64,000 nucleotides of DNA, taken from assembly GCF_006345805.1 (NCBI RefSeq), contig NC_043004.1:55614001-55678000 (forward strand), written 5' to 3'. Position 1 is the stretch's first letter; every line of letters starts with the position of its first letter. Positions 40,216 through 54,075 of the stretch are shown here, piece by piece. A program made the position numbers and the translations under genes. The notes below the pieces were generated by a model, which was given only the letters and a program-made list of their open reading frames with translations, did not search any database and was not told where the DNA came from. The stretch is from Octopus sinensis. Its lineage: Eukaryota.

Positions 40216-41349
40216 TATAGTAACAATAATAACATGGGTAAACTAATAACATTTGGGTATCCAGTTGGTTCAGTCTTATACTTTATAAATGCTGTTTTAC
40301 TGAGTTTTTTGTTTGAACCGAACAATAGATTCAAACGTGGTACACATTTTTATATATTTGTATGACCCTATCTACCTGCTCTGAAAGTTTCAGTGTCTCG
40401 TAAATGGTTTGAATAGGAAATGTGAGAAAATATATTTTAGAGTTCACATATAGTTTGTTTTTATATAAGTGTGTGTGTGCGTGTGTGTGTGTGTATGTGT
40501 GTGTGTGTGAGTGTGCGTGTGTGTATGTATGTATATATGCATGCATGTATGTATGTAAATATGTATGCATGTGTATGTATGTGTAGTAGCTTACCAACCG
40601 CTACATATCTATGTATATATATATATATAATATAAATAATATATATATATATCTATATATACATACGTATATGTATATACTTACATCTATACGTATATAT
40701 ATATATATATATATATGCATATATGGGCACAGGACGTCATGAAACGTGTGTACCACAAAAATACGAAAACACAACGAAAGACACAAATGAAAAACAAGAC
40801 AACATAAAGAATGACCTTTCATCGGTTGTTGGCTGTTTTTCTACTCTCGTATTTCGAGCATTTAACAACAATATACGCTTTCAATAAAAAGTTGCCACCG
40901 CAGAGCAAATTAAATAAAATTTGGGATTTTGCAGAGGATCAAAATTGGTAACACAAACAGGACAGTGAAAAGAAACAGCAAGGGCCGTTAAGCCTTATCG
41001 AGGTTGTGGTGGCGAACGCGTAAATCAAGCTTGGACCGGAGACAAACAAGAACATGCCTTCTTTGTTCCAGCTACAGCGGAGAGAAACAAAGAAACACAA
41101 GTTAGGAGAAGAAAGATAGCCGATGGTCACGAGGGAGTCACGTGAGCAAGGGAGGAGGAGGGAGGGAGGGAGAGAGAGTGACAGAGTAATAGGACAGAAT
41201 AGAGGGAAAAGAGGCGGTAAAAGAATAAGTGAGAAAAAGAGAGAAAAACGAAAGTGTGAAAAGATCGTATAGAGTGCGCATCAGAATTATTAAGATAAAA
41301 CTTACTTGGAAGAGGATGCATGGTGTTCAACCATATAATAATATAAATA

Positions 41350-41383
<34 letters not shown>

Positions 41384-41389
41384 ATATAT

Positions 41390-41478
<89 letters not shown>

Positions 41479-41911
41479 TTTGTGCAGTTCTTTGTTACGT
41501 CCCTTTTTGTGTTACATTTTTTCTTGCTCGTTTACCCCTCTACGAGTTTATTTTATTTTAATTCTCTCGTAGGAAGGCTTAGCTTGACCTTACGTGTTCT
41601 GTCTCTGCCTTCGAAACACGTGTCTGCTAGCGACAGCTGATGAAGGGGATTTTTCCTTGTGTAGCATGTCCTGTACTTCGTTTTTCTGCTGCACATAATT
41701 GTTTTTCCCGTTTTCGTTTTCGTTTCGTCTTGTTCCACGTCTCTGTCCTTCTGTTGTAACAAATTGTCTTCTCCGTTTTCGTTCTGTTGATTTTTTCGTC
41801 TTCTCGTGATGTCCTGTACGTATATATATTTATATATGCATGTATATATACATGTAGATGTCGGTACGTACATATATGTTTGTATGTATGCATATATTTT
41901 ATATATTACAC

Positions 41912-41948
<37 letters not shown>

Positions 41949-42417
41949 GTATATATGCATATATGCATACGTATATGTACATACATCTATACGTATATAT
42001 ATATACATACATACGTGTATATATATATATATATGTATGTATGTATATATGTATATATATACGTATATACATCTATACGTATATATATATATATGCATAT
42101 GTGGGCACATATATACATACATACGTGTGTATATATATATATATATGTATATATATGTATGTATATATGTATGTATATATGTATATGTATTTTCTATGTG
42201 TGTTTGTCTTTGTATCTGTGTTTTGCCCCTCCTTCCGCCTGACAACCGGTGTTAGTGTGTTTACGATAACATAACTTAGCGGTTCGACAAATAGGTTCTG
42301 ATAGAATGAGTATTAAAACCATTCAAGTCGGTGCCCCAGCATGGCCGCTGTCGAAATGACTGAAAGAAGTAAAGGATAAAAGATAAAAGATAAAATAACC
42401 CTGAGGACTGTGACGCA

Positions 42418-43030
42418 GAACCTAATTATCCAGGGACTGTGTCCTAGAACCCAATTATCCGGGGACTGTGTCCTAGAACCCAATTATCCGGGAACTGTGT
42501 CCTAGAACCCAATTATCCGGGGACTGTGTCCTAGAACCCAATTATCCGGGGACTGTGTCCTTAAACCCAATTATCCGGGGACTGTGTCCTAGAACCCAAT
42601 TATCCGGGGACTGTGTCCTAGAACCCAATTATCCGGGGACTGTGTCCTAGAACCCAATTATCCGGGGACTGTGTCCTAGAACCCAATTATCCGGGGACTG
42701 TGTCCTAGAACCCGATTATCCGGGGACTGTGTCCTAGAACCCAATTATCCGGGGACTGTGTCTTAGAACCCAATTATCCGGGGACTGTGTCCTAGAACCC
42801 AATTATCCGGGGACTGTGTCCTTAAACCCAATTATCCGGGGACTGTGTCCTAGAACCCAATTATCCGGGGACTGTGTCCTAGAACCCAATTATCCGGGGA
42901 CTGTGTCCTAGAACCCAATTATCAGGGGACTGTGTCCTAGAACCCAATTATCCGGGGACTGTGTCCTAGAACCCAATTATCCGGGGACTGTGTCCTAGAA
43001 CTCAATTATCCAAGAATTATATCCTAGAAC
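42418..43030. repeat. 29-bp minisatellite, about 21 units
   Basis: Unit gaacccaattatccggggactgtgtccta, head-to-tail with no spacers. Confidence 0.95.
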
Positions 43031-43106
43031 GCAGTACACTCTACTGATCACTTTCTTATGACAGTAACATTATAGTATCGATGTATGTTGTGGTAATGGT
43101 ATTAAT

Positions 43107-43496
43107 GGGATGGAAGCACTCCGTCGGTTACGACGACGAGGGTTCCGGTTGATCCGAATCAACGGAACAGCCTGCTCGTGAAATAAACGTGTAAGTGGCT
43201 GAGCACTCCACAGACACGTGTACCCTTAACGTAGTTCTCGGGGATATTCAGCGTGACACAGTGAGTGACAAGGCCGGCCCTTTGAAATACAGGTACAACA
43301 GAAACAGGAAGTAAGAGTGAGAGAAAGTTGTGGTGAAAGTGTACAGCAGGGATCACCACCATCCCTGCCGGAACCTCGTGGAGCTTTTAGGTGTTTTCGC
43401 TCAATAAACACTCACAACGCCCGGTCTGGGAATCGAAACCGCGATCCTCCGACCGCGAGTCCGCTGCCCTAACCACTGGGCCATTGCGCCTCCACC
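43107..43496 (-). mobile_element. SINE with family C head and family D tail
   Basis: TSD aatggtattaat at 43095-43106 and 43497-43508. Confidence 0.85.
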
Positions 43497-44349
43497 AATG
43501 GTATTAATATTTACTTGTCGAATAGAAATTTGCAAGATTGCAAAACCTGAGCTTCTGAACAAGAATGAATGTTCAAGAAAACTCTCTTGCATTCACTTGA
43601 ATAAAATACAATAGTGTAGATTATATTTTCTATCAAGCGACAAGATTTAGTTATTGTTCAGAGAATAACCATATTTAATTCATAATTTATTATTGGTAAT
43701 AAAGTTATTAACGACTGACGTGTAATTTCCCCAAGATATATTAATAACACGTCAGAAAACAAACAACTTCAGAGGTCATAAATTTCACGGCCACGTCACA
43801 CCAGCTTTATTAAAACTGAGAAAACAGGTGTGAGAAATTGAATTGTATTGATTGGTCGTAATTGTCGAATGTCAATGAAAATAACACCTGCTTACGGGTG
43901 AATTTGTGGGAAGAGGAAATTGAATCTATACTTTGGAGATAAAAGTATAGTTATGGAAAAATATACATACAACTATCAATATAAAATATACATTTACACA
44001 TATGCACACACACATGCATACACACACACACATACATACATACATACATACATACATACATACATACATACATACATACATACATACATACATACATACA
44101 TACGTACATATATACATACATACATAGGCGCAGGCGCGGCTGTGTGGTAAGACGTTTGCTTCTCAACACATGGTTCCGGGTCCAGTTACACTGCACCTTG
44201 GGCAAATGCCTTCTACTATTGCCTCATGGATTCGGTAGACGGGTGTGTGCCGCTTATCTATACTTATATTCATACATACATACTTACATACATATATACG
44301 TACATACAATCGGACGAACGATTGCCATTTCTAGCAGACAAATATACCT

Positions 44350-44832
44350 CTCCTGAGCAAAGGTGTGACCTTGCAACCAGCTAGTCTACTGGTCTTGTCG
44401 TCGCTAGATGGGAATTGTTCTCTCCTTTGTTCGCAATATATCGGACACAGATATTGTGTCGTTAACCAGCTGGAGTAAGTGTCGTGAAATTAGTTCACAA
44501 ATTGTTCCCATTAACAAACGTAGAAAAATGGTAGGAACTGAAGAAAAGCCTGTGCAAATCGACGAGTCTCGGTTTGCAGGGCGCTAAAAATACAACAGAG
44601 GCAGAACGTTGCAAGGAGACCATATCCCTGATTAGCGAAGCTGAAGTAGAAAACACCAGAAAACCATGGAAGACGCATTGATGGACCCTGGGTCTTTGGA
44701 TTAAAGAAGGTGCAGATTGCCGCTATTTTTATGTAGAAAAAAGAAATCGTAAAACACGAACCAATAATTCAGAGAGAAGTTGCAGAAAATTCGGTTATTC
44801 ATTACGATGAACGGCCAGCATACTCTAATCTA
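44350..44832 (+). mobile_element. Merlin (IS1595/ISXO2-like) DDE transposase remnant
   Basis: KPVQIDESRFAGR*KYNRGR..NHGRRIDGPWVFG..CRYFYVEKRNRKT..PIIQREVAENSVIHYDE, with a stop and frameshifts. Confidence 0.8.
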
Positions 44833-45429
44833 AATCGTCTCAGTTTCTACCATTCTATTGTAAAGACTTGTTGATCCAAACACTGGAACCAATACTCAAG
44901 CAACTGAAGAAACCTGGTTGGATTCGAAAATTCGTAATTTGAAAAAGATGAGAGGATTGAAGAAAAGAACCTTTCAATCCTACCTCGATTATTTCTGTTG
45001 GCTACAGATGAGGAAGATTGTTGAAAACCTTTTCCTTGCGTTTCTAGCAGATATTCGATAGAATTATTCAAAAACTATGAAAAGTTAGCAATTTTTCACC
45101 GTTTTTCCCTTTTCTTCGAGCTTCATTCATTTCCCCATCATAACGATGGCATGGTGCAACATTTTCATCATCATCTAAAAGGCCATTTCTTCGTAAAAAT
45201 GCACCTTCCTTCGTCTTGTCGCTGATCTCATTGTAAAAATTATTAGCCAACATCTTAAGGGGTTTTAGAAATTGAAAAGTAAACTATAAAGTAACCTAAA
45301 GTAATTACCCTTAAAATTATAGATCACACGCCAAGTACACCAAGAGATTTTAGAAACTAAAATGTAAACGAAAAAGTAACCTAAAGTAGTCGCTCTTTAA
45401 GTTGTAGATCTCACGCCAAAGTAGCACCG

Positions 45430-45880
45430 AGTTTTCTTTCTTGATAAATATTGCAGTATTTGGGTGTGCTAACACAACAATCACTTTTAAGGGAATTTCT
45501 TTCCAAAGGTGTCCAAGATAGACCTGGATCCAACAGAAGATGCACCAGAAGTGTGAACACAATCAGCACTCAAGTTCGGAAATATATCGGGTTAGCCGAA
45601 ACTACCCTCAAGCAGCGTCTGTACAACCACAAGTCTTCTTTTCGGATTCCGTAAAAATGATTCGTCACGTCTCTGGAAAGTCACGTGTGGCACCTTAAAG
45701 ATGAAGGGGCTCTATACAATATTAAGTGGAGGATTATAGAGTGGCTAGGATCCTATATCAACGGGAGCGGACGAAGCAAGTTTTGCATAGCTGAGCGAGC
45801 AAGGATCCTCAAAGTCTCCATAGAACCAGAATTGCTGTTTAAATTTCCAACACGAGATTTATAGTCCCTGCCTCCGTTTC
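45430..45880 (+). mobile_element. Penelope-like element GIY-YIG endonuclease remnant
   Basis: KYIGLAETTLKQRLYNHKSSF..SLESHVWHLKD..YNIKWRII. Confidence 0.75.
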
Positions 45881-46099
45881 AAACGTTGCCTGCTGCAAGC
45901 ATGGCATTCCCCATTTATCAATTAAATCTGAAAAAAGTCGTAATGGGCTAGTAGCAACCTATGGGTAGATTTCTCCGTTCGCCATTTTGGCTCATATGGA
46001 CTAATACATAATTTCTAATACAGACATACGTACGTACTACGTACTTATGTATGTATGTATGTAGCAAATATCTTAAAGTGTTTAAAAAGCATAAAACTA

Positions 46100-46635
46100 G
46101 ACTTGCATCTTCTAATAGCCGGAACCTCGCGTAAATTACAGCAGCGCACAACGCGAGTAAGTTAAGGTATTTCAATGAGAATATTGATGGTAATAACCCA
46201 AATATAAATAGTGAATTAATAATAAATAGTAACGATGTTAATATAATGGACCAGGCTATATAATGGACCACGCGAGGAATAGCTATAACAGAAGCACTAA
46301 TCAACAGGAAGTAACCGTAACTAACTCAAATGCGAGATTAGGAAGGAAAGACAAGAACGGTAGAAAAAGCAGTACTCAGAATGTCATCAATGGGAATAGC
46401 GGAAATAACTTGAAACATGGGCGAAATAGGTTGGAGATTTCTCTGAATTAAACCAACATAGAAAATAATAATAGAATTAGAAAAGCTAATAACTGTAATT
46501 TCACAAGGAATAGACAATGTCCTTTAAACTTCTAATGTAAGATTTAAAATGCGATTTACAAGTGCAGAGTTACACCAGAAGACAATGAGTATTTCTATAT
46601 AGGTACCAGCTCAAGTTTTATTAAAGAATAGCTAA
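46100..46635 (+). mobile_element. Second Penelope-like remnant
   Basis: Degenerate frame ..CNFTRNRQCPLNF.CKI.NAIYKCRVT..YFYIGTSSSFIK, a GIY-YIG N-terminal pattern cut off by the Gypsy fragment. Confidence 0.55.
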
Positions 46636-46639
46636 TCAT

Positions 46640-47900
46640 GAAAATTCTTTAAGATATAGAAACAAGAAAAAGTGTACGAACCTCAGTAAATTAATTTGGT
46701 CGTTGAAGAATAATAGCAAAATATATTCAATTGGCTGGAATATTACTAGTGATGCTAAACCGTATAGTATAGGGGTAAAAGATGTGACTTGTGTGTAAAG
46801 GAAACGTACCAAATTTTCACTTCTAAATTTAATGTAATAAACACTAGACAAGAACATCTTTCAACCCAGTTGAAAAATCTTCATAAACTCTTAGTTTATT
46901 ATTCTTCATTTTCACGTAAACTGTCGGTGCTGCCCAATCTGTGCGGTCTGTCTTTTCAATTATATCAAGATTTTCCAGTCTTTCCAGTCCTTTGTTAACC
47001 TGGTCTATGGTTGCAAATGCTACATTCTGGTTTGGCCTAAAGACAGGTGTTGCACTTCGTTTTACAGCGACCTTAGCTTTTGTTTTTGTGCAACAACCCA
47101 GTACTTCCAAAAAGACATCTGGAAATAGTTTTTAAAATTTTTCTTTCAATCCTTCGGCTTCATTTGAACCTTTGACTGATCTAACTATATTTACACAGAG
47201 AGCACTTATGGGAATATCCCACAATTTGAATAGTTCCATCCACTCAGTGCCGAATAGATTAAGTGAATCTTTTAATACATATATCTTTGCCTTTTTTGTT
47301 TGACCTCAAAATGTTACATTACATGAATTTACCGAAAAAATATCTTCAGGTCAGTCTTCACCATTTTATTCCAAATCTCCCTTGCCCTTCTCCTTCCCCA
47401 GGTTCCACTAAATGGGAATATTCAGCACTTTTGTATGCACCAGTCATCCTCCATAGATTTCACATGATTGTACCAGCACAGACTCCTTTTTTGCATACTA
47501 CACCAAGTCCTGGCATTCATGCACACTAGCATTACACATCCAGCAGATATGCTAGCTTCTTTGCCTTTTAGTGATTATGACTACATTCAGATCCCAAATC
47601 CATGACCATGCAAAATTTTCTTCAAACACAAGCTAGTTGAGAGATCTATTCCCAACCTGTTCTTACCCTGGAAACCTCAGAACAGCCACCTCCACTCCTA
47701 ATTATGTTTCATGGATATCAAAAGCAATTGCCTACTGCAAGTGAGCCATCCAGACATTTAAGAGAATCTATTTCCAATGTGCTCATCATATGCATTACTC
47801 TAGTGCACCTTCCATATACAAAGATTACCTTCTCTCTTAACCTACCTGTGATTCTGCAACATAACTTGTGTGCCTATAACTTACATTGAATTCAGTGTAT
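46640..47900 (-). mobile_element. Ty3/Gypsy LTR retrotransposon pol remnant
   Basis: ..PVFRP..VAFA..LERLENLDII..DWAAPTVYV..KLRVYEDFSTGL (Gypsy RT N-terminus) with a degenerate protease-like region upstream. No LTRs identified. Confidence 0.75.
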
Positions 47901-48289
47901 GCAGTTTATGCCTGCTCCGTTTTTTTGTAAATTAAGTAAGGCCTGTCTTTTTACCTACTTATTGACACCTTAGTCTTTGCTCAGTTTACCTTGGGGCCTC
48001 AGTTCTAGATTTAGCTTCCATATATAAATTTTAGTTTCTAAATTCACTATAGATTCACCAGTGAGAACAAGGTTACCAGCATATCAGCGTTACTATGGAC
48101 GATCTGTCTTAAACTCCTCTATGGCTTGTTGGACTATGATGACTAGAAGAGAGCTAAGAACTGAACTTTAATGGATCCTTACCATCATACTAAATTCATT
48201 AATGAAATCATTGTTTATTCTCACTTTATTTATGATATTCTGTACATAGTTTGTATGGCCTTCACATGCTATTTGTTTACACCTAGTTT

Positions 48290-49700
48290 CTTTAATGATC
48301 ACCAAATTATTGAACACGACACACTGCTGAAAGTCTTCCCCAAGTTAATGACAACAAAAAAATAGTGTTTATCCTTTGCCAAGTATTACTCTTGCTATCT
48401 CAGTAGGAAAACTGCATCTGTAGGAAAACTGTACCTCTGCTGGGCACAAAGCCAAACTGAATCCTATGTAGAATTACTCAGTTTCAAATTAGTTGTGCTA
48501 TGATGTTCTCTGAGTGGCCTTCATAGCCTGGTCCAACAATCTAATGCTTCTAAATATTCCTCACTCTAAGGCATTTCATTTACCCTTGATACTGTTATGC
48601 CAATAATTGGGTATGGCACATTCCAGTATTACTTGATTATCCATTTAATTGACTGTCCCTGATGAACCAGCAGCACTTTCTCCTTTCATATTCTTAATCT
48701 TATCATCTCTCATGCTGCTGGCAACTCGAATTGATGCTCCCTCAATAACGTCAGTGTGAGGTACAGCCTCTCTTTATTCCATGCGTTATCCATACTTAAC
48801 AGCCTCTCATTATGGCACTTCAATGCCATTTGCTTGTCTTCCACATCTGTGGTGAGTATGCCTTTTTTATTTTGAATACACTTCTCAATGACATACTATT
48901 CTCTCAGACATACTATTTTGTAATCCTGTAAAACCTCACTGGCCCCCAAGTGGCAAAACATGTGCAAATCTCTTCCTTTCTGTTTCTCCCTTAACCAAAT
49001 ATATCTATCACCTAGCTGCTATTCTACCTACTTGATAAGGCGGCGAGCTGGCAGAAACGTTAGCATGCCGGGCGAAATGCGTCGCCGTATTTTGTCTGCC
49101 GTTACGTTCTGAGTTCAAATTCCGCTGAGGTCGACTTTGCCTTTCATCCTTTCGGGGTTGATAAATTAAGTACCAGTTATGCACTGGGGTCAATGTAATC
49201 GAGTTAATCCGTTTGTCTGTTCTTGTTTGTCCCCTCTGTGTTTAGCCCCTTGTGGGCAGTAAAGAAACAGATAATACATTCTACTAACAACTTGCTTCCA
49301 GGTATTTCAAGCCCTCCTTTTTTGTTTTTATAGCCCTATCAATCATATCATCCCACCACCAAATCACCTTCAGTTTGGCTGGGACTTTGCCTCCGTAACA
49401 TATCTGATCTGTAGTTGTATGTTGGTTACATCACAGGAATTTCCAGTTGCCTATGTTACAGATCTCTAAATCCTTCTCCCTACAGCCACGTGTTTCAATC
49501 AGAATTTCTCTGAACCTATAATCAACTGCAGGATCTTTTAGTTACCATCTATTCCTTCTCCATATCTTGTCTCTGTTTCTGAAGCCACTGGCTTTTAATC
49601 TATGCTGGGTAGAGTACTTTTTTTTTATTAAGAAAGCTTTTGGTATTTATAGGCCCATCTTTCCCATTTACTGGTGAGAATGAAATCTGCCTGACTTGTG
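48290..49700 (-). mobile_element. Degenerate RTE-clade LINE (linker/RT region)
   Basis: Remnant motifs VIWWWDD.I..AIK.K and QFGFVPSRG..DAVFL. Interrupted by a SINE B copy at 49037-49268. Confidence 0.6.
49037..49268 (+). mobile_element. SINE family B
   Basis: Family B consensus, inside the RTE remnant. Confidence 0.88.
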
Positions 49701-50029
49701 TGTTCAGGAGATTGATAAGTGTTGAGATAAGCTAATTTCTTGAAGTGTTTTGCAAACTGTTTGATAAGTTCCATCAGAACTTCACCTCATTTCTTATACT
49801 ATATCCTATACTGTGAAAGCCATTGTGGTGCTGATCAAACATATCTGTTACTAGCCATGATAATGAAGTTACTTCCAGTCAATGTATTACAAAACACATA
49901 TTTAAGTATGTATATATATATAAATACATATATATATATGTATGTACACACACACACAAATGCATGTGTGAAGGACAGCAGCATATGCAGTAATTTGTAT
50001 TGGGAAAATCTTTGAGGGGCTAGCACTAC

Positions 50030-50330
50030 ACTTTGGCAATGAGAGCTACACTAATAACCAAACTGGTTGCTACTTACAGAGTCCCAAAAATCTCATACTT
50101 TCTGTTATATTTTATAATCAGATACTGCAACAGTTTAGGGTTCAAAGGCCTGCAGCTTTTCAATATCTTGTCAAAGAACTTAAGAAATTTACATGGGGTA
50201 GATGCAAATGTATTCAAGAAATGTCCAGATATTCCACTACTATCTGTGATCCCAGATGAACTAATATCACAGTAAGGAACTTTGCCATCTCAACACCTGG
50301 AACAAAGTCACTTCTCTCAATACTGCACTG
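50030..50330 (+). mobile_element. CR1/L2-like LINE C-terminal remnant
   Basis: ..NSLGFKGLQLFNILSKNLRNLHGVDANVFKK..LLSVIPDE, resembling CR1-group ORF2 ends. Confidence 0.55.
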
Positions 50331-50555
50331 CTACTCTGTCACAAGGTCTTAAGCATGCAAGTTACTTGGCAACTACATTAGTGTTGGCATCGTAAAAAAA
50401 CAAAACAAAACAAAAAATCCAATACACTCTATATAGTGGTTGGCATTAAGGGCATCCAGTCATAGAATCCTTGTCAAAATAGACAGACCAACACAGCCAT
50501 CGAGCCTGTCAGATCCTGTTAAACTGTGTAACACATGCCAGCATAGAATAATCAT

Positions 50556-50760
50556 ACTCTCTTTTACTTGTTTCAGTCATTTTGACTATGGCCATGCTGG
50601 AGCAACGCCTTTAGTTCGAGCAAATCGACCTCAGGACTTATTCTTTGTAAGCCTAGTACTTATTCTATCAGTCTCTTTTGCTGAACCACTAAGTTACAGG
50701 GACGTAAACACACTAGCATCGATTGTCAAGCGATGTTGGGGGACAAACACAGACACACAA

Positions 50761-50811
<51 letters not shown>

Positions 50812-50982
50812 CATATATACGACGGGCTTCTTTCAGTTTCTGTCTACCAAATCTACTCACAAGGCTTTGGTCGGCCCGAGGCTATAGTAGAAGACACTTG
50901 CCCAAGGTTCCACGCAGTGGGACTGAACCCGGAACCATGTGGTTGGTAAGCAAGCTACTTACCACACAGTCACTCATACGCC
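50556..50982 (-). mobile_element. SINE family A, full length
   Basis: Reverse complement of the family A consensus. Confidence 0.88.
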
Positions 50983-51417
50983 TATGATGTTAAATGATGA
51001 TGATGATGATGATTTACCTACATTTGCTGGAAATGAATGTATATTCAGAGAGTAATACACCAAGATCTAGCACAGAAAGATACAGGCACATAAATAAAAA
51101 AGGTATACACAAACATACACACACACACTTATATAAACAAGTATACACACACACACACAATTTGAGTCAACAACATGTCAGTCACTCTAGAAATAGCAGC
51201 CAAATGTCTACATATCACATCTTAACATCTTTAAAAGTAGCTTGCTTTGGATAATGTTGTCCAGGACATAGAGTGCTTGATAATAAGCTGGAATGGTTAT
51301 TACTAGAATGTTTTTGATCATTGGTCTGCTTGACTAAGACTGACTCAGAGTTAAACATCAACAACAGTAAGAATCAAGATAATATAAAATAGTCAATTTT
51401 GGGGGTTGAAAATAATA

Positions 51418-51423
51418 TTTATT
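51418..51423 (-). terminator. Candidate polyadenylation signal (AATAAA) of WASHC5
   Basis: First AATAAA on the minus strand, about 155 nt after the stop codon, followed by U/GU-rich sequence. Confidence 0.5.
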
Positions 51424-51578
51424 TTTTTGATGTTTGATGAAAATTTTTTAACAAATTTCAAAATTAACAATTAGGGAAAGTTCCGGGTATGATTGTGTGT
51501 GATAGAGATACGAATGCTGCAGCTCAACATTGGGAATATATGACTTGTCCAAAGAATAGCAGCAGAAATACAGCAGCA

Positions 51579-51641
51579 TCAATTTGGTAACTGGGAACGG
51601 AATTCATCAAATATATAGCCAGGTATATGGCTTTCTAAGGT
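51579..51641 (-). CDS. WASHC5: WASHC5/strumpellin terminal coding exon
   Basis: Acceptor cttttcttttctctttcag|. TLESHIPGYIFDEFRSQLPN then TGA, matching the strumpellin C-terminal IFDEFR motif. Confidence 0.93.
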   Translation of the reverse strand, partial: TLESHIPGYIFDEFRSQLPN

Positions 51642-51849
51642 CTGAAAGAGAAAAGAAAAGGAGAAAAATAGAAAATATTTAAGTTTAGCAATTAACCATG
51701 TAACATTTCATTGTGAATAATTCTTAACATTTAAAATATTAGACTTTTGTGGGGAAGAAAATGACCAAATTGAAAGACTGGATCAGTTCTAGGGATATTC
51801 TTTGTGTTAGCCAGTCCACTTATGCATACCTTCCCTTCTTGGGACACAA

Positions 51850-52312
51850 AACTCTACTTGTGAAGACCTGTTGAGGCAAGTGAGAATCAGAATCGAAATC
51901 GATCAATAGAAATTGCAGCTGTGATACCAGTGCCAGTGGCACGTAAGAGAACCATCTGAACGTGGCCGTTGCCAGCGCCGCCCCGACTGGCCTCATGCCG
52001 GTGGCACGTAAAAAGCACCATCCGTTCGTGGCTGTTGCCAGCCTCGCCTGGCCCCCGTGCCAGTGGCACATAAAAAGCACCATCCGATCGTGGCCGTTTG
52101 CCAGACTCGTCTGGCACCTGTGCTGGTGGCATGTAAAAAGCACCCACTACACTCATGGAGTGGTTGGCGTTAGGAAGGGCATCCAGCCGTAGAAACATTG
52201 CCAGATCAGACTGGGCCTGGTGCAGCCTTCTGACTTCCCAGACCCCAATTGAACCGTCCAACCCATGCTAGCATGGAAAGCGGACGCTAAACGATGATAA
52301 TGATGATGATGA
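51850..52312 (+). mobile_element. SINE-like repeat family E with internal ~60-bp tandem units and (GAT)n tail
   Basis: About four units of gtgccggtggcacgtaaaaagcaccatccgatcgtggccgttgccagcctc, then ggttggcgttaggaagggcatccagc and a GAT tail. Confidence 0.75.
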
Positions 52313-53032
52313 AGAGACTATGATATTTAATGGTTGGTGGAAAATTATTCCCTTGTTTCTCAACTACATGGTTCTGGGTTCAGTCCCACAGCATGGCACC
52401 TTGGGCAAGTGTCTTCTACTATTAGCCTCAGGCTGACCTAAGCCTTGTGAGTGGATCTGGTAGACAGAAACTGAAAGAAGCCCATCGTGTGTTTCTGTGT
52501 GTGGTGTGTGTGTGTGTCTGCATTTATCCCCCACCACTGCTTGGCAAGCAGTGTTGGTGTGTTCATGCCCCCTAATTTAGTGATCCAGCAAAAGAAGTTG
52601 ATAGAATAAGTACTAAGCTTAAAAAAATGTTTTGGGGTCAATTTGTTTGACTAAAACCTTTCAAGGTGGTGCCCCAGTGTGGCCACAGTCAAACGACTGA
52701 AACAAGTTAAAGATAAAACACACACATACGCATGTGTGTGAGAGTATGAGTAATTGTAGGTGCAGGTGTGGTTACGTGGTAAAAAGTTTGCTTCCCAACC
52801 CCATGGTTCAAAGTTCAGTCCCACTGCATTGCACCTTGGGCAACTCTCTTCTACTATAGCCCTAGGCTAACTTAAGCCTTATCAGTGAGTTTGACAGATG
52901 GAAACTTAAAGAAACTTGTCATATATAGGCGAAGGAGTGGCTGTGTGGTAAGTAGCTTGTTTACCAACCATATGGTTCCGGGTTCAGTTCCACTGCATGG
53001 CACCTTGGGCAAGTGTCTTCTACTATAGCCTC

Positions 53033-53397
53033 GTTTCAGTTATTTGACTGCGGCCATGCTGGAGCACCGCCTTTAGTCGAGCAAATCGACCCCGGGACTT
53101 ATTCTTTGTAAGCCCAGTACTTATTCTATCGGTCTCTTTTGCCGAACCGCTAAGTGACGGGGACGTAAACACACCAGCATCGGTTGTCAAGCAATGCTAG
53201 AGGGACAAACACAGACACGCAAACATATACATACACATACATATATATATACATATATACGACAGGCTTCTTTCAGTTTCCGTCTACCAAATACACTCAC
53301 AAGGCTTTGGTCGGCCCGAGGCTATAGCAGAAGATACTTGCCCATGATGCCACACAGTGGGACTGAACCCGGAACCATGTGGTCAGTTAGCAAGCTC
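53033..53397 (-). mobile_element. SINE family A (fused to a + strand head at 52927-53032)
   Basis: Family A body and tail in minus orientation. Confidence 0.85.
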
Positions 53398-53668
53398 ACT
53401 GAGAAAACCTGGGGTAGATGAATGGTTGGTTAGAACCGTAGAGCTATTAGCAAATTGAGAGTGAACAATAAGTTCATCTGAGAATTTAGCATGCATGAAA
53501 GTGTTCACAAGGGTTTGTTTCTCAGTCCCATCTGTTTTATCAATTTTTTAGGCTATAATAGTTTAAGACCAGCTGTTCATGGAAACATCTGTATGCCTAA
53601 GACTTAATTCTCATATGAACTTTGAACCATGTGGTTGGGAAGCAAACTTTTTACCATGTAACCACACA

Positions 53669-54075
53669 GGCGCAGGAGTGGCTGTGTGGTAAGTAGCTTG
53701 CTAACCAACCACATGGTTCTGGGTTCAGTCCCACTGCGTGGCATCTTGGGCAAGTGTCTTCTGCTATAGCCTCAGGCCGACCAAAGCCTTGTGAGTGGAT
53801 TTGGTAGACGGAAACTGAAAGAAGCACGTCGTATATATGTATATATATATATATATGTGTGTGTGTCTGTGTTTGTCCCCCTAGCATTGCTTGACAACCG
53901 ATGCTGGTGTGTTTATGTCCCCGTTACTTAGCGGTTCGGCAAAAGAGACCGATAGAATAAGTACTAGGCTTACAAAAGAATAAGTTCCGGGGTCGAGTTG
54001 CTCGACTAAAGGCGGTGCTCCAGCATGGCCGCAGTCAAATGACTGAAACAAGTAAAAGAGTAAAGGGTAAAGAGT
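53669..54075 (+). mobile_element. SINE family A, full length
   Basis: Family A consensus. Confidence 0.88.

Noticed and set aside
42563-42830. Nine-unit higher-order repeat in the minisatellite
   Set aside because: Only one variant (ttaaaccc) recurs at 261 bp. The other variants do not.
42418-43030. 29-bp direct repeats as a CRISPR array
   Set aside because: The units are contiguous with no unique spacers, there are no cas genes, and the context is eukaryotic.
45948-46304. Hydrophobic 118-aa minus-strand ORF as a membrane protein
   Set aside because: It is the antisense of an A-rich Penelope-like remnant and runs into a microsatellite. I found no splice or homology support.
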